Part shown: piece by piece, positions 45,206 to 57,118 of the stretch
How the letters are laid out: each line of letters opens with the position of its first letter
How positions within the stretch are numbered: the stretch's first letter is position 1
Assembly (NCBI GenBank): GCA_003220615.1
Contig: QHTB01000128.1
Span: 11,839 to 75,838, forward strand
Reading direction: 5' to 3'
Length of the DNA stretch: 64,000 bases
Source of the DNA: Candidatus Rokuibacteriota bacterium
GTDB lineage: Bacteria; Methylomirabilota; Methylomirabilia; Rokubacteriales; CSP1-6
The notes under the pieces: generated by a model
Told to the model about the DNA's origin: nothing
The model's database searches: none
The model's input: only the letters and a program-made list of their open reading frames with translations
Program-made: the position numbers and the translations under genes

Positions 45206-46225
45206 ATGAGTTGCCTACCTGTCGGCAAGCTACGTGCTTCGTTTCTCCAGGGACTCTTCGATCGTCATCCCGTGAAGGACGAGCGCGTGCTGATGGGCCC
45301 GCGCGTGGGCGAGGACGCCGCCGTCATCGACCTCGGTGAGCGCTGCCTCGTCGCGACCTCTGATCCGATCACGTTCGCCAGCGATGACGCCGCCTGGTAC
45401 GCGCTGCAGGTGAACGCCAACGACATCGCCGTGCGCGGGGCGCGCCCGCGCTGGTTCCTGGCCACGCTCTTGCTGCCCGAAGGCGCCACCACCGAGGTGT
45501 CGGTCACGACGATGTTCGAGCAGCTCACCGAGGCCTGCGAGGCGCTCGGCGTCGCGCTGGTCGGTGGTCACACCGAGGTCACCCATGGCCTCGATCGCCC
45601 GATCGTGGCCGGCACCATGCTGGGCGAGGTCGAGAAAGAGCGACTGGTGACGACGGGTGGTGCGCAGGTCGGCGATGCGATCGTCATGACCAAGGGCATT
45701 CCGCTCGAAGGTGCCGCGATCATCGCGCGTGAGCGCGAGGCGATGCTGCTCGAGCGCGGCGTCCGCCCGGCCGTCATTCGCAAGGCCAGGCATTTCCTCC
45801 GCACGCCCGGCATCAGCGTGGTGCCGGAGGCTGAGATCGCCTGTGAGCTGGCCCGCGTGCACGCCATGCACGACCCGACCGAGGGCGGGCTGGCGACGGC
45901 GCTCTGGGAGCTGGCGGACGCCGCCGGTGTCGGGCTCCGCATCGACGCCGATCGCATCGTGAAACTGCCCGAAGGCGTCGAGCTGTGCCGGGTGTTCGGG
46001 CTCGACCCGCTCGGTACGCTGGCCTCGGGCTGCCTCGTGATGACGCTGGCGCCCGCGGACGCGGGCATCGTCATCCACGCGCTGGCCCGCGAATCGATCG
46101 ATTGTCACTACATCGGGCAGGTGGTCCCCCGGGCCAAGGGCGTTATGCTTATCGACGGGAACGCCGAGCGGCCCCTGCCGGTCTTCTCTCAGGACGAGAT
46201 CACGCGACTCTTCGCGGGAGGTTGA
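45206..46225 (+). CDS. AIR-synthase-related (PurM/HypE/ThiL-fold) protein
   Basis: GEDAAVIDL..., DPITF..., VNANDIAVRGARPRWF, GGHTEV. Internal ATG of ORF 44927..46225. Confidence 0.75.
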   Translation: MSCLPVGKLRASFLQGLFDRHPVKDERVLMGPRVGEDAAVIDLGERCLVATSDPITFASDDAAWYALQVNANDIAVRGARPRWFLATLLLPEGATTEVSVTTMFEQLTEACEALGVALVGGHTEVTHGLDRPIVAGTMLGEVEKERLVTTGGAQVGDAIVMTKGIPLEGAAIIAREREAMLLERGVRPAVIRKARHFLRTPGISVVPEAEIACELARVHAMHDPTEGGLATALWELADAAGVGLRIDADRIVKLPEGVELCRVFGLDPLGTLASGCLVMTLAPADAGIVIHALARESIDCHYIGQVVPRAKGVMLIDGNAERPLPVFSQDEITRLFAGG

Positions 46226-46227
46226 GC

Positions 46228-47826
46228 GTGCCCCAGATCGGTTACTCGCGGCGTCCGGTTGCGCTCGGACGCGGCGGCCTCGTCGCCGCCGCCCATCCGC
46301 TCGCCACCCTGACGGGCGTGGACGTGCTGAGATCGGGCGGGACCGTGGTCGATGCCGCCGTTGCCGTCAACGCCGTGCTCGCCGTCACGCAGCCGAACAG
46401 CTGCGGCGTGGGCGGCGACCTCTTCTGCCTCTACTACGACGCAGCCACGCGGCGCGTGCATTTCCTGAACGGCGCCGGGCGGTCGGGCTCACGGGCCGGC
46501 CTGGACGAGCTGAAGCGCCGAGGGCTCGCGACGCTTCCGACGCTCGGACCAGCGACGGTCAGCGTGCCCGGCTGCACGCGCGCGTGGGCGATGCTGCTCG
46601 AGCGCTTCGGGACGCGGTCGCTCTGGGAGCTGCTGCGGCCGGCGACCCACTACGCAGAGCACGGCTTCCCGATGACCTCGATGGTGAGTCAGGCCATCGC
46701 GGAGCTGGCGCCGGCGAATCCCGATCCGGAGTGGCACCGCATCTTCAAACCGAACGGACGCGTGCCCGAGATCGGCGAGGTGTTCTGTCAGCCGGATCTC
46801 GCCCGCTCGTTGCGCGACCTCGCCGCTGACGGCGCCGACCTCTTCTATACCGGTCGCGTCGGCGAGGCGATCGCCGCCCGAATGGAGGCCGAGGGGTTCT
46901 TGACGCCCCAGGATCTCGCGGCCCACACCGGTGAATGGGGCGAGCCGATCACCACGACGTATCGCGGCAACACCATCTATCAGACGCCGCCGCCGACGCA
47001 GGGCCTGGCCGCGCTGCTCACCTTCAATCTACTCGAGGGGTTTCCCCCGGCGCACCACGCGCTGCACTCGGTGGAGCACCTGCACCTGCTCATTGAGATG
47101 GTGAAGCTCGCCTATGCCGATCGCGACCGGTGGATCGGAGATCCGGCCCACGCCCGCGTTCCTGTCTCGTCCTTGCTCGACAAGGAGTACGCGGCGACAC
47201 GGCGCAAGGACTTCGACCCCAAGAAGGCGGGCACGTACCGCGCCGGCAAACCCGACGGCGACACCACGGGATTCGTCGTGGCCGACGGTCGCGGCAACAT
47301 GATCGCGGTCATCCAGAGCCTCTTCAACGCCTTCGGCTCCGGAGTGGTGCCGCCCGGCACGGGCGTCGTGCTGCAGAACCGCGGCCGCCATTTCACGGTG
47401 GAACCCGGACATCCGAGCGTCTTCGCCGCACGCAAGCGCCCGTTCCACACCCTGATCGCGTCGATCGTGACGCGGGACGAGCAACCGATCGTCGGCTTCT
47501 CGTCGATGGGTGGCAACGGCCAGGCGATGTTCCACGCCCAGGTCCTCACCAACCTGCTGGACTACGGCCTCGACATGCAGGAGGCTATCGAGCGCCCGCG
47601 CTTCCTGATCGGCGCGTTCCTGCCCGGGGAGGCGGCGGACACGATTCACATGGAGCGTCGGGTCGGCCCGCGCGCGCTCAGCGGCCTGGCGAAGAAAGGT
47701 CACAGCGTGAAAGCGGCGCCGGATTTGTTCTACAAGGCCGGGCACGCCCAGGGCATCGTCCTGCGTGACGGCACCCTCATGGGCGGCGCCGATCCGCGCG
47801 GCGACGGCATCGCGTTCGGATTCTGA
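46228..47826 (+). CDS. ggt: Gamma-glutamyltransferase
   Basis: GGTVVDAAVAVNAVLAVTQPNSCGVGGD, a catalytic Thr region PDGDTTGFVVAD, and SMGGNGQ. GTG start inside ORF 45985..47826. Confidence 0.88.
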   Translation: MPQIGYSRRPVALGRGGLVAAAHPLATLTGVDVLRSGGTVVDAAVAVNAVLAVTQPNSCGVGGDLFCLYYDAATRRVHFLNGAGRSGSRAGLDELKRRGLATLPTLGPATVSVPGCTRAWAMLLERFGTRSLWELLRPATHYAEHGFPMTSMVSQAIAELAPANPDPEWHRIFKPNGRVPEIGEVFCQPDLARSLRDLAADGADLFYTGRVGEAIAARMEAEGFLTPQDLAAHTGEWGEPITTTYRGNTIYQTPPPTQGLAALLTFNLLEGFPPAHHALHSVEHLHLLIEMVKLAYADRDRWIGDPAHARVPVSSLLDKEYAATRRKDFDPKKAGTYRAGKPDGDTTGFVVADGRGNMIAVIQSLFNAFGSGVVPPGTGVVLQNRGRHFTVEPGHPSVFAARKRPFHTLIASIVTRDEQPIVGFSSMGGNGQAMFHAQVLTNLLDYGLDMQEAIERPRFLIGAFLPGEAADTIHMERRVGPRALSGLAKKGHSVKAAPDLFYKAGHAQGIVLRDGTLMGGADPRGDGIAFGF

Positions 47827-48320
47827 TGCGCGGCCTGGCGCTCACGGTGCTGCTCGGGGTCCTCGTCGTCGGTGCCGGCGCCGTCGGCGCCGCCGACTGG
47901 GGCGGTGTCATCCCCGGCGAGAGCACCAAGGAGACCGTTCGGGCCCGCCATGGCGATCCCACCCGTGCCACGACGCAGAAGGTCGACCGGTTCGACTCCG
48001 CGCAGTGGGTGTACGAGGGCGACCAGGCGCCGACCGGGATGTTCCGGATGACGGTCGATTTCGGACTCGCCGGGCCAGCGGGCTTTCGCGCCGACGTCGT
48101 GCGATCGTTCAAGCTTGAGCCGCACCCCGGCATCTTCACCCGACCGGCGATCGTCGATGGCTGGGGTCGCCCCTCCGGCGCCGCGCCGGCGGGCCAGCCG
48201 CCGGCGTTCTTCTACGAGTCCGGGCTGCTCGTCTATTTCGACAAGGACGGCTGGGAAGTGCAGGCGATGGTGTTCACGCTGCCCCAGACCAACGGAGGCC
48301 AAGCCGCTCCGCAGCGCTGA
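47826..48320 (+). CDS. Secreted hypothetical protein
   Basis: Signal peptide MRGLALTVLLGVLVVGAGAVGAA. The ATG overlaps the ggt stop (TGATG). No family recognised. Confidence 0.55.
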   Translation: MRGLALTVLLGVLVVGAGAVGAADWGGVIPGESTKETVRARHGDPTRATTQKVDRFDSAQWVYEGDQAPTGMFRMTVDFGLAGPAGFRADVVRSFKLEPHPGIFTRPAIVDGWGRPSGAAPAGQPPAFFYESGLLVYFDKDGWEVQAMVFTLPQTNGGQAAPQR

Positions 48321-49588
48321 CGAGGCCACGCTTCGGGATGGCGATCCAGTCCGGCCGGTTGTTGGCTTCGTACACGATCTCGTACGCGGCCTTCTCGATC
48401 TCGAACACCGCCAGCGCGCGACGGAACGCCGTCTCGTTCGTCGGCGTGAACCGAGCGCCGATCGTCACCGCACGGTAGCCGCTGAGAAATGCGTCCACCG
48501 CGTCGCGTTGCCACCGGTCGAGCCATGCCTCGCCGCCAGCGGGTTGAGCGCTGGCGGCCGCGTACGCGAGCGAGCGGACGATTCCCGCGACATCGCGCAG
48601 CGGGGTGTGCTTGCGCCGCCGCTCGGCGAGTGGACGGAGCGGCTCGCCCTCGAAGTCGATGATCATCCAATCGCCGTCGGCGCGGCGGAGCGTCTGACCG
48701 AAGTGCAGGTCGCCGTGGTGACGGGTCTTCTGCACACCGCGGAGCCCGGCGAGCGCCTCGATGAGATCCGGCACGCGCAGTCCGCCTCGCGAATCGCCGA
48801 GGGCGGTGTGCGCACGCTCGACCTGATCGCGGACCGCCGCATCCCATGCCCTGAGGTCGGCGTCGGTGATGGGCTCCGGCGCGAAGTCCGGGTGATCCGC
48901 CCCTCCGGCGAGCGCCTGGTGGAGACGGCCCGTCACCTCACCGAGACGTCCGATCGCGTCGAGCGCCGCTCGTCCCGCGCGCAGCTCGTCGAGCAGCCAT
49001 TCCCAGCCGTCGCGCGCACCCGGGACGAGCTCCTGCACGACGGCGAGGGTGGCGGTGCTGCCGTCGCGACGCCGGTACTCGAGCTGACCGAAGAGGCGGG
49101 GAGCATGGGCGAAGCGCGCGTGCTCGGTGAGGAACCGCGTCATCTCGGCCTCGGGATTGATACCATCGGCGAGCCGCCGGAACGTCTTCATGATCGCGAC
49201 GTCGCCGAAGACGACCGAGGTGTTGCTTTGCTCCCCGCCGATGCGGCGGGCGGCGAGCCCCGGCGCGAGTGATGCCGGGAAGGCGGCCGTGCGTACTCCC
49301 TCGAGGGCGCCCGACTCCCCGTCGACGCGCTGGCCGTCGCCGATGACGTTGAGCAGGGCACGGCAGAACAGCGGATCGTCGAAGCCGTCGGTGATCTCGA
49401 CGGCCGCCGCCCGCGCCCCACGGCCGAGCGCCACGACGTAGCGATCGACGGCGCCGCCGCCGAGACCCACGCCCGCGATGGCGATGGCCGCCGACGCCAG
49501 GGGCAGCACGTCCATGATCGTGACGCTCTCGATCCGTCGCGTCTTCGTGGCGAACCAACGCTGGTGGCCGAGCCACTCGGCGAGACGT

Positions 49589-49614
<26 letters not shown>
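48274..49614 (-). CDS. mak: Maltokinase (Mak/Pep2)
   Basis: N-cap [21 protein letters not shown] and a kinase core [26 protein letters not shown]. It lies downstream of treS. Internal ATG of ORF 48274..49749. Confidence 0.85.
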
Positions 49615-51277
<1,663 letters not shown>

Positions 51278-51333
51278 AGCTTACATCGTCGGTCACCTTG
51301 CCGGTGGCGTGGGAGCAGCCTACGCTGCACGCG

Positions 51334-51938
51334 ATGACGAGTCACGAAGGCTCTCGAACCACGACCGTCGTCCTGGCCGTCCTCGCCTGGCTGGTTGCGG
51401 CGACGGCTCTCGGCGCGACGGGCGTCCTTCGAGCTCTCAGGCCGCCGGCGCCCCAGGTCGTGCTGTTGGGGCTCACCGTCCTGGCCGTCGTCCTCGGCCT
51501 CGCCAGGCCCACCCTGCGCACCTGGCTGATGACCGTCGATGAACGGCTGCTCGTCGGCTTCCACCTCACGCGCTTCGTCGGCGTGTACTTCCTGGTCCTC
51601 TATGGCCGCGGAGAGCTGCCGTTCGATTTTGCGGTTCCCGGAGGCTGGGGAGACATTGCGGTGGCGACGCTGGCGCTGGGGCTCATCGTGGGGTGGCGAG
51701 CCACCAGGGTTTCGGCGGATGGTGGGCCTACTCGATCTGGAACGTCCTCGGGCTCATCGACATCGCCTTCGTCGTGGCGACCGCAGCGCGGCTCGCCCTC
51801 ACGGCGCCGGACTCGATGCAGGCACTCCTCCGTCTGCCCTTGAACCTCTTGCTGACGTGGCTCGTGCCGATCGTCATCGCGAGTCACGTCCTCCTCGGAA
51901 TTCGTTTCGCTCGGCGTCGGCCTGCCGGCCGACGTTGA
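51334..51938 (+). pseudogene. Polytopic membrane-protein gene split by a frameshift near 51695-51715
   Basis: ORF 51298..51843 is hydrophobic up to ...ALGLIVGW, then turns into low-complexity S/R/P. The hydrophobic sequence resumes in another frame (ORF 51693..51938: GFGGWWAYSIWNVLGLIDIAFVVATAARL...). Confidence 0.4.
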
Positions 51939-51980
51939 GACGGCGTCGCGCGCCGGCCAGACGTGTGAGGCGAGCGCGCG

Positions 51981-53924
51981 TCAGCGGTGGAGCGAGAAGA
52001 TCGCGGCCGGCTCGCGCTGGGGATCGAGGGTGACGCGGCCGCCACGGCCTCGCCAGAGCTGCCAGGCGTCGGTCAGACGCTCGTGCACGCGATAGGCCTG
52101 GTCAGCGCCGATCCCGAGCTCACCGAGAGGCAACTCCACCAACGCCGAGTGGGTCGCGAACGGATCGAGGTTCACGGCGACGAAGACCACGTCGCTCTTG
52201 TCGGGCGTCATCTTCCCGTAGAAGAGGATGTTCGGATCGTCGGACGGGTAGAAGCGGAGGTTCGAATAACGCTGCAGGGCCGGGTGCTCTCGCCGGAGGC
52301 GATTCATCGTCGCCACGAGGTCGTTGATGTTCCCGGGGGCGTTCCAGTCGCGGACCTTGAGCTCGTACTTCTCGGAATTCAGGTACTCCTCGGAGCCCTC
52401 GGCGTAGGGCACGTTCTCGCAGAGCTCGTAGCCGGAATACATCCCGTACACCGACGAGAGCGTCGCCGCCATCACGAGCCGCATGCGGAATGCGGGACGA
52501 CCGCCTTTGACCAGCGTCTCGTGCAGGATATCCGGCGTGTTCGGCCACAGGTTGCCGCGGAAGTAGTCGCTCACCGGCGGCGAGGTGATCTCCTTGAAGT
52601 ACTCGATCAGCTCCTGCTTGTGATTCCGCCACGTGAAGTACGTGTACGACTGCGTGAAGCCGACCTTGGCGAGCACCTTCATCATCTTCGGCCGCGTGAA
52701 CGCCTCGGCCAGGAAAATGACTTCGGGATGCTCGTCCTTCACCGCCCGGATGAGCCATTCCCAGAACCGGACCGGTTTGGTATGGGGGTTGTCCACGCGG
52801 AACGTCGTCACGCCGCGGCCGATCCAGAAATCGACGATGCGCTTCATCTCGTCCCAGAGCGGCCGTGGGTCCTCGACGTAAAAGTTCACCGGGTAGACGT
52901 CCTGATACTTCTTCGGCGGGTTCTCGGCGTACTTGATGGTGCCGTCCGGCCGCTTGAAGAACCACTCGGGATGCTCCCGGACGTAGGGATGGTCCGGCGA
53001 GCACTGGATGGCGAAGTCCAGCGCGACCTCGAGGCGAAGCTGGCGCGCCCGCGCGACGAATCGATCGAAGTCGGCCAGCGTTCCCAGCTCGGGATTCACC
53101 GCCGTGTGGCCGCCGTCCGCGCCACCGATGGCCCACACGCTGCCGGGATCACCGGGCTGCGCCGTCAGCGTGTTGTTGCGGCCCTTGCGGTGGGTCAGGC
53201 CGACCGGGTGGATCGGAGGCAGGTACACGACGTCGAAGCCGAGCGAGGCCGCCCGCTCGAGCATCGCCTCGGCATCCTTGAACGTGGCGTGGCGGCCGGG
53301 GACGCCGGAGCGCGGGAAGAGCTCGTACCAGGCCGCGTAGCGCGCCCGTTCCGGGTCGGCGACGACGTCGAACTCGCGCTCGGCCGACGTCGCATCGCTG
53401 CGATCGAGATGGCGACGCATCAGCGCGCCGAGCCGTTCCTCACGGGCCGTGGCGACGGCGTCGGCCGGGCGATCACCACGGGCGAGACGACCGGCGTACT
53501 CGCGCAGCGCTGACGCGTCGGAGCCGCTCGCACGGTCGGCGGCAGCCCGGACGAGGGCGGCGCCTTCGAGCAGCTCGCTCGCGACGTCCTGGCCCGCGTC
53601 CACGCGCTTGGCGAGGTCGACGAGCCACGAGCGGAACGGATCGGCCATCGCCTCGATCGTGAACTGCCAGCGGTCGACGGCGTCGAGCGTGAACCGGCCC
53701 CGCCAGCGATCGTTGTCGACGAAGCTCATCGGCGCTTCGCGCCAGGCCGCCTCCCTCGCCCGCCGGTACTTCAGGACGGCGACGATGACGTCATGGCCTT
53801 CCTTGAAGATGTCGGCCTCCACCTCGACGACATCGCCAACCTCACGCTTGACGGCGTAGCGGCCGCCGTCGACGGTGGGAGCCACGTTCTCGATGATGAC
53901 GGTGCGCCGGAGGTCGCTCCCCAC
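51981..53924 (-). CDS. glgE: Alpha-1,4-glucan:maltose-1-phosphate maltosyltransferase
   Basis: N-terminal IIENVAPTVDGGRYAVKREVGDVVEVEADIFKEGHD plus a GH13 catalytic core (GVTTFRVDNPHTKP). Confidence 0.92.
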   Translation of the reverse strand: MGSDLRRTVIIENVAPTVDGGRYAVKREVGDVVEVEADIFKEGHDVIVAVLKYRRAREAAWREAPMSFVDNDRWRGRFTLDAVDRWQFTIEAMADPFRSWLVDLAKRVDAGQDVASELLEGAALVRAAADRASGSDASALREYAGRLARGDRPADAVATAREERLGALMRRHLDRSDATSAEREFDVVADPERARYAAWYELFPRSGVPGRHATFKDAEAMLERAASLGFDVVYLPPIHPVGLTHRKGRNNTLTAQPGDPGSVWAIGGADGGHTAVNPELGTLADFDRFVARARQLRLEVALDFAIQCSPDHPYVREHPEWFFKRPDGTIKYAENPPKKYQDVYPVNFYVEDPRPLWDEMKRIVDFWIGRGVTTFRVDNPHTKPVRFWEWLIRAVKDEHPEVIFLAEAFTRPKMMKVLAKVGFTQSYTYFTWRNHKQELIEYFKEITSPPVSDYFRGNLWPNTPDILHETLVKGGRPAFRMRLVMAATLSSVYGMYSGYELCENVPYAEGSEEYLNSEKYELKVRDWNAPGNINDLVATMNRLRREHPALQRYSNLRFYPSDDPNILFYGKMTPDKSDVVFVAVNLDPFATHSALVELPLGELGIGADQAYRVHERLTDAWQLWRGRGGRVTLDPQREPAAIFSLHR

Positions 53925-53962
53925 TCAGGGCTCCCGAGTCATGTCAGCCGCGACCGTTGCCG

Positions 53963-55228
53963 CTACCATCGCTCGACGAGATAACGCTTCTGTCGCTCGA
54001 ACGCCGCGCCCACGGCCTCGAGCGCGGCGTCGGTGGCGGCGGCATCGGCCCGGCGCGTTGTGGCCACGAAGGCGGCGGTGCGCCCCAGGTAGAGCGGAAC
54101 CAGGGAACGCAACAGGTGATCGCGGTGAACGACGCTGTAGTGATGGCCCAGCGCGAAATCGTACACAGCGCGCGCCCACAGCTCGTCGGGAAATCTGAAG
54201 CGGCCGGCGTCACCCACGTCGAGGCTCAGGATGTCGCCGAGGGTCTCGGGCGCCAGGATGTGCTCCCAGATCCCCGCCAGATCGCGCACGCCGAGACGGA
54301 AGGCGCCGACCAGACGCTCGACGTCGATCTCGAGCGTCTCCGTTTCGAGCGCCGTCCCAATGCCGATGGCCGGGACGGGTTCGCTGCCCTGAACCTGTCG
54401 CCACAGGTCGGCGTGGCGTTCCATCAGCGCGAAGACGCCCCCGAGCGTCTGCGCCACCATGGTGGGCAGATCTGTCGTGCGCGTCCGCGATTCCACGCGC
54501 CGAGGCCCCAGCCACGCCTCCCACACGGCGAATCCGTCGGCGATGGCGGTCCCGATGATCCACAGGTCCGCGAGGTCGCGGCCGGCCCACCGCCAGCCCG
54601 GGTGAAGGAGGAGATGCTCCACCAGCCGCCCCGACATGGCGAGGGCGCCGGCGAGGGGCTGTCGCAGCCGACGGCCGTAGAGGGCGCGGACGAGCGGCGC
54701 GAGGAGGAGATTGGTGATGGTGCCGTCGTACCGGTGCCGCGCGTAGGCGGGCAGCACCAGGTCGGCGTTGTCCTCCCACACGGGACGGGCCAGACGGTCG
54801 AGCCAGTCCTCCGTCACCGAGGTCACGTCGGCCTCGAGCAGGACGATCGCGCGCGCGCCGAGGCGTCGCGTCGTTTGAAGCGCGAGCTGCAGCGCGAGGC
54901 CTCGCCCGGGCACGCCGTGGAACGGCACGGCGGTGAGCTCGTGGAGCGGCGACTCGTGACGGCCGAGCGTGACGGGCAGGCCGAGTGCGACGAGGCGCTC
55001 GGTCGTGCCGTCCGAGGACCCGGAGTCGGCGTTCACGATCGCCAGCGGAACGTCGGGAAACGCCCGACTCAATCCGCGATAGCCCGTCTGGGCGATGCCG
55101 GGCACCGTCGCCGCGTTGTTGTACGTGAGGAGGGCGAGAACGATCGGGCGCGACCCGAGTCTCTGGACGTCGTCGTCCACCGTCGCGACGCTTCCCGCCG
55201 GATCTGTGTCGACGGCCACGTCAGTCAT
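53963..55228 (-). CDS. GT-A fold glycosyltransferase with a helical C-terminal domain (GpgS/MGS/glucosylglycerate-synthase-like)
   Basis: LALLTYNNAATV..., NADSGSSDGT, LLEADV, then a ~200-aa helical domain. The family call is from general resemblance only. Confidence 0.55.
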   Translation of the reverse strand: MTDVAVDTDPAGSVATVDDDVQRLGSRPIVLALLTYNNAATVPGIAQTGYRGLSRAFPDVPLAIVNADSGSSDGTTERLVALGLPVTLGRHESPLHELTAVPFHGVPGRGLALQLALQTTRRLGARAIVLLEADVTSVTEDWLDRLARPVWEDNADLVLPAYARHRYDGTITNLLLAPLVRALYGRRLRQPLAGALAMSGRLVEHLLLHPGWRWAGRDLADLWIIGTAIADGFAVWEAWLGPRRVESRTRTTDLPTMVAQTLGGVFALMERHADLWRQVQGSEPVPAIGIGTALETETLEIDVERLVGAFRLGVRDLAGIWEHILAPETLGDILSLDVGDAGRFRFPDELWARAVYDFALGHHYSVVHRDHLLRSLVPLYLGRTAAFVATTRRADAAATDAALEAVGAAFERQKRYLVERW

Positions 55229-55265
55229 GGTACCCGGGCGCGCCAGGCCGGCCCGAACGGTGGAT

Positions 55266-56456
55266 TCATCCCGTCAGGTGGGCGAGGAGCGCGAGCGACT
55301 CCATGAGGTGGCGGGTGACGAGGAACGCCCGGCGCACGTGCTCGCGGCCGGCGGCGCCCATCCGCGCGATGAGCTCGGGGTTGTTGAGCAGGTGACGGGT
55401 GCGGAAGGCCGCCCCTTCGACCGAGTGGACGACGTAGCCGGTCACGTCGTTGATCACCTGCTGGCTGAGGCCGCCGCCGACGCCGGCGATGACGGGCTTC
55501 CCCTTCCACATCGCCTCGGCCGCGGTGAGCTGGAAGCCGACCCGCACCGACTTCTGCAGCACGATCGTGGCCGCGCGCTGGAGCGCGTTGATCTGCAGGT
55601 GGGCCTCCGGCGGCAGCTCGAGCACGACGATGTCCGGATCGTGATGCGCGGCCTGGCGCAGGTCGGCCAGGACCTCGAGGCTCTCGCGATCGTCACCGGC
55701 GGTGCCAGCCAGGACGAGACGGACGTCGTAATGCTTCTTGACGAGCCGGTACGCGTTCACGACGCCGACGGGATCCTGAGCCCGGCTGAAGGCGCCGACC
55801 TGGAGCAGCAGGGCCTTGTCCTGGGCCACGCGCAGCGCGCCGAGGATGGTCGTGACCTCGCGCGGCCCGATCTCCCGGTTCTTCTCCGAGAGCGGATCGA
55901 TGGCCGGATTGATCACGTACTGCGGGACGCTCAGCCGGCGGCCGAACTCGGGCAACGAGAAGACCGCGGCGTCGTACTGGTTGATGATCTGACGGAAGGA
56001 GGACCACACGCGACGTTGCGCGTGCGACGCGTCGAAGTGGCAGCGCCAGACCCAGCGCCCCTCGCCGCGATGCCCGACCAGCGGCGCGGGCTGCACGTCG
56101 TGGACGACGACCAGGTCGGCGTCGAGGCGCAGCTTCTTGGCGTTGATCCGATTCATCTCGACGTAGTGGGCCAGGGCCTCGTCGGCCAGCACCCGCTCGG
56201 CGCCTTCCAGCGCCGCCCGCAAGGCGGACGCGGTGGTGTAGAACGTGGCGTCGCCGCCCGTGATCTCCCAGCGCGTGTCGAGACCGAGGTCCTGGAACAG
56301 CGGCACCGACGTGCTCAGCATCTCGGCGGGGCCTTCGCCGAAGCGGCCGCCGGACAGGTGCAAGATCCGCCGGTCGCGCACACGGTCGCTCAGGCGCTGG
56401 ATGATGTCCACGACCCCGGGCGGCGCCACGTGACGGTAGTCGTCCAGCCGCATCAT
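55266..56456 (-). CDS. GT4 glycosyltransferase, TreT-like (trehalose glycosyltransferring synthase family)
   Basis: DLVVVHDVQPAPL, WRCHFDAS, and a GT-B C-terminal EAMWKGKPVIAGVGGGL. The MM start at 56456 overlaps the upstream stop (ATGA). Confidence 0.7.
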   Translation of the reverse strand: MMRLDDYRHVAPPGVVDIIQRLSDRVRDRRILHLSGGRFGEGPAEMLSTSVPLFQDLGLDTRWEITGGDATFYTTASALRAALEGAERVLADEALAHYVEMNRINAKKLRLDADLVVVHDVQPAPLVGHRGEGRWVWRCHFDASHAQRRVWSSFRQIINQYDAAVFSLPEFGRRLSVPQYVINPAIDPLSEKNREIGPREVTTILGALRVAQDKALLLQVGAFSRAQDPVGVVNAYRLVKKHYDVRLVLAGTAGDDRESLEVLADLRQAAHHDPDIVVLELPPEAHLQINALQRAATIVLQKSVRVGFQLTAAEAMWKGKPVIAGVGGGLSQQVINDVTGYVVHSVEGAAFRTRHLLNNPELIARMGAAGREHVRRAFLVTRHLMESLALLAHLTG

Positions 56457-57118
56457 GCGGCGTGCGTCTCCAGGGCCTGGTCCACCAGCCCGAGGACGCG
56501 AGCGCGGACGCGCTCGAGGCTCGTCATGAACGTGTCGATGCGCTCGATGCGTTGGGCCAGAGCGTCGAGGCCCAGCGACATGCGCATCCACTCGGCGAAA
56601 TCGCCGGACGGTCGGCCGAGCCTCGCGCGAGCCTCCACCATGTGGAAGTAGATCGCGCTGGCGTCGACGCCGGCCAGGCCGTCGCGAAACTCGGCCAGCG
56701 TGTTGGCGCGGGGCCCCAGCTCGACGGTGACGATGTGTGACTGCTGGAAGTGGAACGCGCCGCTCGGCTCGGCTCGCGGCACGGCGGTCAAGCCGCGCAG
56801 GTGGTCACTGACGATGGTCACCAGCTCCTCGCGGAGGCTTTCGAGATCGCGGAACGCGAACGGATCGACGACGGCGAGCCGCTCGGCGAGCGCCTGATCA
56901 CGCACCTCCACCGCCGCCCACCGGGCGAAGTCGTTGCCGTACGCCGTGGTCATCGGGCGGTGCCGCAGGAAGTACCCGTGCGTGTGATAGAAGATCGAGC
57001 CGGCCGGGACGTCCTCCAAGCGGTCCATCAGCTCGCGCTCGTCGAGCGCGTGCCGGTCGAGAGCCTGGCGGAGCTCGACGCAGCCGATGAACACGAACGG
57101 ATTGGTGGCGATGGCCAT
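56453..57118 (-). CDS. Uncharacterised protein start-stop-overlapped (ATGA) between treY and the treT-like gene (possibly DUF5752-type, from memory)
   Basis: 221 aa, non-repetitive, with ATGA overlaps at both ends. I cannot verify the family. Confidence 0.5.
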   Translation of the reverse strand: MAIATNPFVFIGCVELRQALDRHALDERELMDRLEDVPAGSIFYHTHGYFLRHRPMTTAYGNDFARWAAVEVRDQALAERLAVVDPFAFRDLESLREELVTIVSDHLRGLTAVPRAEPSGAFHFQQSHIVTVELGPRANTLAEFRDGLAGVDASAIYFHMVEARARLGRPSGDFAEWMRMSLGLDALAQRIERIDTFMTSLERVRARVLGLVDQALETHAA

